In this document: in pieces, positions 57,251-64,000 of the stretch
How positions within the stretch are numbered: position 1 is the stretch's first letter
Layout: each line of letters begins with the position of its first letter
Origin: Calditrichia bacterium
Lineage (GTDB): Bacteria; Calditrichota; Calditrichia; RBG-13-44-9; J075
Assembly (NCBI GenBank): GCA_028284905.1
Contig: JANQQU010000065.1
Location: forward strand, 68,128 to 132,127
Length of the DNA: 64,000 bases
Direction: 5' to 3'
Notes under the pieces: generated by a model
What the model was told of the DNA's origin: nothing
Databases searched by the model: none
What the model saw: only the letters and a program-made list of their open reading frames with translations
Made by a program: the position numbers and the translations under genes

Positions 57251-58801
57251 TTGAGAACTTCTCTCGGATATTTTATTCTGATCTTCTTTTTGTTTTGCGG
57301 CTGTCCGAAAAGCTACAATACAGTGGATGGCAGTGGGGAAGTATTGACTGCCGAAAAGCGAAATGAGCAGGATAAAAAAAGCAAGGCAAAGCAAAAGCGC
57401 AATAAAAAAAGCGGATCGAAGAAACAGGAAAAGCGGTTCCGACCGGCGCCATTGGCCAGAGAGAACTGGGAGCAATCTTTTTTGCCGGCATTTCCCGGCG
57501 CGGAAGGATTTGGTGCAAAGTCCCGCGGGGGGCGCGGCGGCCGGGTTATTTATGTAGAGAATCTGAATGACAGTGGCCCGGGGAGCTTGCGGGCAGCAAT
57601 TGAAGCGCAGGGGGCACGCACCATTCTCTTTAAAGTCAGCGGTACGATTCGCTTAAAAAGCCGTCTGCAAATCCGCAATCCATATATCACGATTGCCGGA
57701 CAAACAGCGCCGGGAGACGGTATTTGCCTGCGGGATTATCCGCTAAACATTTACGGGCCGGCGCATGATGTTATCATTCGCGGCATCCGTTCCCGCCATG
57801 GCGACGACACCGATGCCCCCCGGCAAAAAGCTGATGCCATCGGATTGCAAGCTGAAAAACCGGAAAAGCCGGTCTCTGATGTAATTATCGATCATTGCTC
57901 CCTCAGCTGGGGCATTGATGAAAATTTTCAGGTATGGGACTATTGTAAAAATGTTACCCTGCAGTGGTCGATCATCAGCGAAGGACTGGATAACGCCGGT
58001 CACCCTGATGGCGGCCCGCACAGCAATGCCGCCCTGGTAATGAGCGGTTTTGACGGTGGCGGTGTTACCATGCATCATAACCTTATCGCTCATCATCGTA
58101 GCCGCAATCCCAAGTTTGCCGGTAACCAGTGGGACACCACTGCAACTTCAGTATATGATTTCCGCAATAATGTCGTTTATAACTATATGAACCGACCGGG
58201 AATGTCCGGCAAGCGAACGGTGCCGACAAAAATTCGCGTAAACTTTTGCGGCAATTATTATAAAGCCGGCCCGTCTACCACCCGGTCTCACAGAAGCAGT
58301 CTTTTGCTTCTGCAATACAAGAATGATGCGGGATACTACCTGAGCGAAAATTATATTTTTGGTAGCAGTGAACACTCACGTAATAACTGGGCGGCAGTCC
58401 ATTACTGGCGAACTGAAAATAATCAACGTTCGATACAGCTGGATGCCCCGATTCCCTGTCCGCCCGTTACCCAACAATCTCCCCTGGAAGCATACGAATT
58501 AGTGCTGACGCAGGCCGGATGCAGTTACCCGCTGCGGGATGCGGTTGATCGCCGAATCGTTAGCGATGTTCGCAACAACACCGGGAAGATTATCGACTCC
58601 CAATACGAGGTGGGCGGCTGGCCGATTTTACGCAGTGCAAAACCACCACTGGATAGTGACAATGATGGAATGCCGGATGAATGGGAAGCTTTACGAGGGC
58701 TGGATGCCAAAAATCCGCTCGATGGCAATATGGATGACGACGGAGACGGATATACCAACCTGGAAGAATATATTAACGGGCTGATCCCCTTACCCTACTA
58801 A
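57251..58801 (+). CDS. PL1-family pectate-lyase-like right-handed beta-helix lipoprotein with a polybasic linker and a C-terminal Ca-binding repeat region
   Basis: TTG start after AAGGA; lipobox LFCGC. Lys-rich low-complexity stretch AEKRNEQDKKSKAKQKRNKKSGSKKQEKR. Pec_lyase_C blocks VIIDHCSLSWGIDE, VTMHHNLIAHHRSRNPKF, VYDFRNNVVYNY. C-terminal DSDNDGMPDEWE...DDDGDGYTNLEEY. Confidence 0.7.
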   Translation: MRTSLGYFILIFFLFCGCPKSYNTVDGSGEVLTAEKRNEQDKKSKAKQKRNKKSGSKKQEKRFRPAPLARENWEQSFLPAFPGAEGFGAKSRGGRGGRVIYVENLNDSGPGSLRAAIEAQGARTILFKVSGTIRLKSRLQIRNPYITIAGQTAPGDGICLRDYPLNIYGPAHDVIIRGIRSRHGDDTDAPRQKADAIGLQAEKPEKPVSDVIIDHCSLSWGIDENFQVWDYCKNVTLQWSIISEGLDNAGHPDGGPHSNAALVMSGFDGGGVTMHHNLIAHHRSRNPKFAGNQWDTTATSVYDFRNNVVYNYMNRPGMSGKRTVPTKIRVNFCGNYYKAGPSTTRSHRSSLLLLQYKNDAGYYLSENYIFGSSEHSRNNWAAVHYWRTENNQRSIQLDAPIPCPPVTQQSPLEAYELVLTQAGCSYPLRDAVDRRIVSDVRNNTGKIIDSQYEVGGWPILRSAKPPLDSDNDGMPDEWEALRGLDAKNPLDGNMDDDGDGYTNLEEYINGLIPLPY

Positions 58802-58933
58802 TGCATACGCTTGTTCATCGCATTTGAATGTTTAAATGCGCCTTCCGCCAAAATGAATGAATTATCACAATCGATCCCTCTGCAGATGCATATAATTTAC
58901 CACTAAACCAGTAGTGAATAGCTATGGGTAAGG

Positions 58934-59851
58934 ATGTTCTGTATGAGTAGAAAGATCGTGTATATTGTCGGTCTCGGGCATTCGGGATCAACGATGCTGG
59001 ACCTAACGCTTGGGCAACATTCAAAAATGATGGGGCTCGGCGAAATTGCCACAGTGCTTAATTTAGGTCTGGACAGCATTCGCCAACGGGATATTCCCTG
59101 CGCATGCGGTAACTCTCTGGACGATTGCCACTTTTGGGGAAATGTCGCCAAAATACTGGGTGATGCTCCCGCCACTTCTTTTCAGGAACAATATCAAACG
59201 GTTATTCATACTGCCCAGTCAATCTTCGGCGATGATTGTCTGATTGTCGATTCATCCAAGGGACTTGCTTCACTAAAGAAAATCAGCAAATTACCAGATG
59301 TTGACTTAAAAGTGCTGCATTTAATCCGGGATGTCCGGCCATTTACGATTTCATATCTGGATCGAATGAAGCGAAGGAAGCGTAAGGCGGGCGCTCAAAA
59401 AAATTCTGGCAAATTCCCGAGATCTCTACTTCAACGGTATGCTTCTTACTATTTCCTGGTGTGGTATCGACAAAACAGGAAAATCCAGCAATATCTCAAC
59501 GGTCTTAATGTGCCGGTATTTCAGTTCGGCTATGAAGAACTATGTTTGTATCCAGAAAAAATGGTTGGGAAAATCTGCGATTTTTTAGGGGTGGAAAAAG
59601 AGGCGGCACTGCTGAACTGGGATAAACCGAAGAGCCATATCATTCGTGGTAACATCATGCGGGTGAATGCTGAAAAGTGGGGGATTCACTATGACAACCG
59701 CTGGTTCTATCGCAAAAACTGGCTCATGCCCTCGGTGCTTTTTCCGCACATTATGAAATATAACAATGCCGAAGTTTACAAAAATACGGCCGGCACCGTC
59801 TGGGAAATTATCCAATCTCCGGTTAAGGAAGCAGTAAATACGCAACAATAA
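58934..59851 (+). CDS. Sulfotransferase-family protein
   Basis: 5'-PSB loop VGLGHSGSTMLD. 305 aa. A more likely start is the second ATG at 58943 (MSRKIVYIV), 9 nt after AAGGA. Confidence 0.7.
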   Translation: MFCMSRKIVYIVGLGHSGSTMLDLTLGQHSKMMGLGEIATVLNLGLDSIRQRDIPCACGNSLDDCHFWGNVAKILGDAPATSFQEQYQTVIHTAQSIFGDDCLIVDSSKGLASLKKISKLPDVDLKVLHLIRDVRPFTISYLDRMKRRKRKAGAQKNSGKFPRSLLQRYASYYFLVWYRQNRKIQQYLNGLNVPVFQFGYEELCLYPEKMVGKICDFLGVEKEAALLNWDKPKSHIIRGNIMRVNAEKWGIHYDNRWFYRKNWLMPSVLFPHIMKYNNAEVYKNTAGTVWEIIQSPVKEAVNTQQ

Positions 59852-59863
59852 GCCGAAGAAAAT

Positions 59864-60664
59864 TTATACCGTATACCCCAGCTTCTTCAGTAGTTTTGCC
59901 TGAACATTATTGACCGTTTCTATTTGGGCGGAGGTTAATTGTTGCCGCCATTTGTAGCCCATATCCTTCAGCGCCGCCGGAATATTCTCCAATATCGCCT
60001 CTGTCACTGGTAATCCACTAAACGTATACATCTTATCGAACCACAAGCGGGGATCTTTACAGAGATCTTCGTATCGCAACTCGAAGTAGCGATCGCCTAA
60101 CATCTCTTTTCTATCCAATACATAATTGAGGATTTCATGCCAGTGTAATGCAGCTTGTTCCGTAGGATCTTCTCTTAAATAATCGCGCCAGCCCGGAGGT
60201 TTGCAAAAATGACCAAATGGTATTGGATGCCGTTCCGGTTCATTTTCGGTTTTGGTAAGAATGGAATTAACCACGGCCCGGCCATCCCGTATCAGGTGAA
60301 TAAAACGGGCGTCGGGAAATATCTCATTGATGAAATCAATCCGTACTGTGCAGCGGGGATGCTTGTTGATAAATCTTGCTTTATTACGTATTTGGCGAAA
60401 ATGTTCAAAGCGGCCGTGCAGACGGCTTATCTCTTCTCTGCTGACTCTCTCAGTTCCCCAGCAATGATCGGCTTCCGGATTCCAAAAATCGACCGGATCC
60501 CAGATGCGACCAGCTTCCGACCAGTTCGCGACATCCGGATGACTGCCAAATAATTCCACCGCGATGGTGGTGCCACTGCGCGGGCAGCCGATCAGAAATA
60601 TCGGCTCGGACAAACGGGCGTCCGGATTACGCCGTCGCCATACTTCATAGCGCAGACTGAGCAA
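59864..60664 (-). CDS. Sulfotransferase-family protein
   Basis: 5'-PSB loop IGCPRSGTTIAVE and the 3'-PB region. 266 aa. Confidence 0.7.
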   Translation of the reverse strand: MLSLRYEVWRRRNPDARLSEPIFLIGCPRSGTTIAVELFGSHPDVANWSEAGRIWDPVDFWNPEADHCWGTERVSREEISRLHGRFEHFRQIRNKARFINKHPRCTVRIDFINEIFPDARFIHLIRDGRAVVNSILTKTENEPERHPIPFGHFCKPPGWRDYLREDPTEQAALHWHEILNYVLDRKEMLGDRYFELRYEDLCKDPRLWFDKMYTFSGLPVTEAILENIPAALKDMGYKWRQQLTSAQIETVNNVQAKLLKKLGYTV

Positions 60665-60697
60665 CTCCTGGCGAAGGGTCTTTTTTATTGCGATTTT

Positions 60698-61783
60698 TTA
60701 ATCCTCTAAAATCGATTTACAAATTTTCTCCAGCCGTGAGGCTGCCTGGCTGGCCAGAAAATTATTTAGTGCATACTGATAGTTATTTCGAGCGATTTCC
60801 GCATACATGTTTTGATCGAGAAAAATCTTTTCTACTAATGCCGCAAAATGAATCGGGGTTATTTCCCGGGAGGCAAATCCATGTTCTTTGTTGCGAAAAA
60901 AATCACCGATGCCGCCTACTTTACTGGTAACTACCGGTAAACCATAGGCCATAGATTCTACCAATGCATTGGGGAAACCTTCGCCATGGCGACTGGGAAA
61001 ACAGAACAGATGTGCCTTGCGAAAATAAGCGTCCTTTTCCGCCCCGTCAACAAAGCCGGTAAAGGTAACGCCTTCAATATGGCGTTGTTCCACGTAGGTT
61101 TTAAGCGCGGGGAGCTCCGGTCCATCCCCAAGCATATAGAGAGAAATATTCGGATATTTTTTGTGAAGAATCCCCTGGATGTCCAGCATGGTATAAACCC
61201 CTTTTGCTTCCAGCATTCTTGCCGGAAAAATGATCCGCCATTCTTCTGCGGCCAGGCGCTCCTGCAGGGTAGATTCAAAATCGAATTTGTCAACGGCTGC
61301 ATCGTTGGCAATGGTAACTTCCCGGAATATCGGCTGACGGCATCCCCAACTGCGCAGAACAGACTCAAACTCCTCGGATAACACAATGAAGGCATCGGCG
61401 TTACCGTAAAGGCGATCGAATAGCCAACGCTTTTCATTCTCGATGATAGACTCAAACGATTTCTGCCAGCCCCGAAAGAAAACCACCGTCTTCCGTCCGC
61501 GCAACCGGGCCAGGCGGAGAAATATGCCTTCCCGGGTAAATGCCTTATACTCCAGGGAGGGGTTAATAATTACCACATCATATTTGCCTTTCCCGATTCG
61601 CCGGAAGAATTGCAAATAGTCCCGGCACATGCGGGTGAACTGAGAAATCGATCCGCTTTCCCCGGGGCGTTTCCCCAGCACAAAATGACCAACCGGTAAA
61701 CTGAATTTGCCGTCCAGTTTTTTGTAATAGGATTCGATGCCGCCAAGCAATCGCAAATCGGGATGTGCAATGAGTATTTTCAT
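60698..61783 (-). CDS. Glycosyltransferase family 1 (GT4)
   Basis: GT-B C-terminal domain with the EGFPNALVESMAYGLPVVTSKVGGIGDF (EX7E) motif. Confidence 0.85.
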   Translation of the reverse strand: MKILIAHPDLRLLGGIESYYKKLDGKFSLPVGHFVLGKRPGESGSISQFTRMCRDYLQFFRRIGKGKYDVVIINPSLEYKAFTREGIFLRLARLRGRKTVVFFRGWQKSFESIIENEKRWLFDRLYGNADAFIVLSEEFESVLRSWGCRQPIFREVTIANDAAVDKFDFESTLQERLAAEEWRIIFPARMLEAKGVYTMLDIQGILHKKYPNISLYMLGDGPELPALKTYVEQRHIEGVTFTGFVDGAEKDAYFRKAHLFCFPSRHGEGFPNALVESMAYGLPVVTSKVGGIGDFFRNKEHGFASREITPIHFAALVEKIFLDQNMYAEIARNNYQYALNNFLASQAASRLEKICKSILED

Positions 61784-61786
61784 CTC

Positions 61787-62707
61787 TTAAAGATGGGCTT
61801 TAACTGAATAGCCCAGTTTTTCCATACTTTCCCCGGCAATGGCTAAAAATTTTTCCCGGTCAGCCAGGGAGAGGTTTTTGATTTGATTTTCATTGATATC
61901 CGGCTTCACCAATTGCGAAAGTTCTTTTGAGTCATACCAGAATAGTTGTGTGTCATACTCTCCGGCGATCCGCTGATGGGTGCCATCCTTGTTCATCACC
62001 GGGCGTGATTCCACTCGGATTTTGGGCACGTCGGCAAGATCGAGATCGCAGATGCGATAGAGCTTTTCCAGAAATACCGGAGGATCATTTACCATCTCTT
62101 CATATCGGAGAATATTATAATTCGGCATCTCTTCCGCATAGGCGAGCATCCGGTTAATGATGATATTATATTCTTTCGCAACCTTTTCGATAGAATGCCC
62201 CCGGCGATGACGTCCCTCGGCAATGGCCAGTCCGTTGCGGATTAAGGCGATAAAAGTTGCATCGGGGTACATTTCCCGAAACATATCCACGGTAAAAATC
62301 AAGCCATCGAGCGCTTTTGTTAGCATCCGGCATTTGGCAAGTTCTTCCCGGGTATATTGCAAATTTTCGTACTGCCATAAATTATGCTTGGGAATCATTG
62401 CATGAAAGCGGCCTTTATAAAGTATTTTATCAATGTATTTCTGAAGATAAGGGGAGACCGGTTTCCGGGGAGCCATCCAGCCGGTATGGAAAATATCCTG
62501 GCCGGCAAGCAGGCGGATGGGGATGTCGTATAAATATCTTTTTTTGATCTTACGATGGCGGGGTTCCCAGTTTGTTTTTGCCTTAAAAACTTTTTTGGTC
62601 TCGCCGGCAGTATTGCATACATAGGGATGAGAGAGCAGCATGCTTACCAATAAGGTTGAGCCACCCCGGGAAAAACAATTTAAAAGAATCGGTTTTTGGT
62701 TATGCAT
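61787..62707 (-). CDS. Sulfotransferase-family protein
   Basis: 5'-PSB loop LLNCFSRGGSTLLVSML. 306 aa. Confidence 0.7.
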   Translation of the reverse strand: MHNQKPILLNCFSRGGSTLLVSMLLSHPYVCNTAGETKKVFKAKTNWEPRHRKIKKRYLYDIPIRLLAGQDIFHTGWMAPRKPVSPYLQKYIDKILYKGRFHAMIPKHNLWQYENLQYTREELAKCRMLTKALDGLIFTVDMFREMYPDATFIALIRNGLAIAEGRHRRGHSIEKVAKEYNIIINRMLAYAEEMPNYNILRYEEMVNDPPVFLEKLYRICDLDLADVPKIRVESRPVMNKDGTHQRIAGEYDTQLFWYDSKELSQLVKPDINENQIKNLSLADREKFLAIAGESMEKLGYSVKAHL

Positions 62708-62914
62708 TCCGTTAAAATTACCTGCTTTGTATATCGATGCCGCTTTTCGGTAAGCATTTTGCTTGCTAAACCGGCTAGCTGGCCGGAGGCCTTATAAGAC
62801 CGATGTTCGCCAGATGATAAGTTGATTCATATTCAAATTTAATGATTTTTATGCGCAATAATTATACATTGATTTTTGCAGCAGTATTGGCCAGAGTGGG
62901 TATAGGGATGATAT

Positions 62915-64000
62915 ATGAGAATTCTAGTTTTTTTTATGTGTTTAAGCTTCACCTTGTCGGCACAAGATATACCTGCCTTTCCCGGTGCGGAAGGATATGG
63001 TGCTGATGCGATTGGCGGGCGCGGCGGTGCGATTCTTTTTGTCACCAACTTGAACGATAGCGGTCCGGGTAGCCTGCGCGCCGCAGTGGTAGCCAGTGGT
63101 CCGCGTATTGTGATTTTTAAAGTTGGTGGTATTATTCAGCTGGAAAGCCGTCTGAGCATCGTCAATCCCTATTTAACGATTGCCGGGCAAACGGCACCGG
63201 GTGGGGGAATTTGTATCGCCGGTTATTCTGTGTTGATTTACGGACCAGCGCACGACATCATTATTCGCGGGGTGCGTTTTCGCCATGGTGACCTGTCTGA
63301 TGAAAATGGCGCCCGGGCAGATGCGCTGGGGACCAATGGAGTTTCCGCAGTAAATGCAGTTCGCAATGTGATCATTGATCATTGCTCAATGAGTTGGTCC
63401 ATCGACGAAACGCTGCAGGTCTGGGATTACAGCGAAAACATAACCGTGCAGTGGTCGATGATTACGGAAAGCCTCGATAATGCCGGCCATCCCGATGGCG
63501 GTCCGCATGGTTATGGCGCAATTCTAAAGAGCCGGATAAATGATGCCGGTATCTCTTTTCATCACAATCTTCTCGCACATCATCGCAGCCGCAATCCGAA
63601 ATTTACCAGCGATGCCGGCAGCATGACCCGTTTCGATTTTCGCAATAATGTGGTGTATAATCATGGCACTCGTCCGGCATTATCCGGGGAAAGTAATGAC
63701 ACACCGGAAATTCAGGTGAACTTTGTCGGAAATTACTTCAAGTATGGGCCGGATACCGATAATAGTAAAAAGGATAAGCTGCTTTTTATTCAGTACCAGG
63801 GAACGCCGCTGTATTATTTGCAGGATAATTTTATCGAAAACTACTCCGCGGTAACCAATGATAACTGGCTGGGAGTCGAATACTGGCAAACGAATTTACA
63901 GGAACCGGATATCCGGATAAACACCCCGTTCGATACACCGCCTGTTATCACCCAACCGGCGGCGGAAGCATATGAAGTAGTGCTCGATTATGCCGGCGCG
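62915..64000 (+). CDS. PL1-family pectate-lyase-like protein, paralog of 57251-58801; 3'-truncated by the window edge
   Basis: ATG at 62915 (MRILVFFMCLSFTLSAQDIPAFPGAEGYGADAIGGRGGAILFVTNLNDSGPGSLRAA...). No stop before 64000 in frame (362 codons). Collinear with the first lyase (AFPGAEGFGAKSRGGRGGRVIYVENLNDSGPGSLRAA...). Confidence 0.7.
   Translation, partial: MRILVFFMCLSFTLSAQDIPAFPGAEGYGADAIGGRGGAILFVTNLNDSGPGSLRAAVVASGPRIVIFKVGGIIQLESRLSIVNPYLTIAGQTAPGGGICIAGYSVLIYGPAHDIIIRGVRFRHGDLSDENGARADALGTNGVSAVNAVRNVIIDHCSMSWSIDETLQVWDYSENITVQWSMITESLDNAGHPDGGPHGYGAILKSRINDAGISFHHNLLAHHRSRNPKFTSDAGSMTRFDFRNNVVYNHGTRPALSGESNDTPEIQVNFVGNYFKYGPDTDNSKKDKLLFIQYQGTPLYYLQDNFIENYSAVTNDNWLGVEYWQTNLQEPDIRINTPFDTPPVITQPAAEAYEVVLDYAGA

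Overview
A 64-kb chromosomal window from a T9SS-bearing bacterium of the FCB group (Bacteroidota-like: PorV/PorQ-like barrel, T9SS C-terminal sorting domains, LptFG, Bacteroidetes-type ECF sigma factors). Most of it is roughly 47-50 % GC by eye, except an AT-rich ~5-kb island at 22.2-27.4 kb. It reads as a series of modules rather than plain housekeeping DNA.

- **0.6-10.9 kb, minus strand:** a ~10-kb corrinoid-uptake gene string headed by a cobalamin riboswitch with a terminator-type expression platform. It runs btuB-like TonB receptor, a T9SS-anchored beta-propeller, a DUF1289 protein, btuF, btuD, an OMP, two tandem paralogous lipoproteins, then btuC.
- **11.0-16.6 kb:** a PAS/GAF histidine kinase with a CheY-like receiver, then lptF/lptG.
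- **16.7-18.4 kb, minus:** an unusual three-gene cassette: GHKL ATPase, DUF4325 STAS-like protein and PIN-like nuclease.
- **18.7-21.9 kb:** ferritin, a YgjP-like HExxH protein, galM and tRNA-Ser(CGA).
- **21.9-27.4 kb:** two ~107-bp tandem repeats derived from the tRNA 3' end, bordering the AT-rich island that carries an ECF sigma, a zf-HC2 anti-sigma and a secreted 1012-aa TPR-CHAT protease.
- **28.5-45.5 kb:** clpB, htrA, fbp, asnS, a LOG-like gene, acyP, apt, a second ECF sigma with a flippase-like protein, a 1002-aa multi-PAS histidine kinase, and uxaC.
- **45.8-49.2 kb:** a GH3 beta-glucosidase and a gluconolactonase.
- **49.2-56.8 kb, minus, co-directional:** a T9SS cargo protein, a PorQ/PorV-like barrel with an FN3 domain, a formyltransferase/GH43-like fusion, a GNAT, a 52-aa DUF5989 ORF missing from the ORF track, an SxtJ-like protein and a NodU-family carbamoyltransferase.
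- **57.3-64.0 kb:** three sulfotransferases and a GT4 flanked by two paralogous PL1 pectate-lyase-like genes.

No CRISPR array, transposase or integrase was seen. The best candidates for an undescribed system are (a) the GHKL/STAS/PIN cassette, (b) the tRNA-linked ECF/anti-sigma/TPR-CHAT island, (c) the carbamoyl/sulfo-transferase glycan-decoration locus linked to T9SS components, and (d) a T9SS-anchored BtuG-analog propeller inside the riboswitch-controlled B12 operon.
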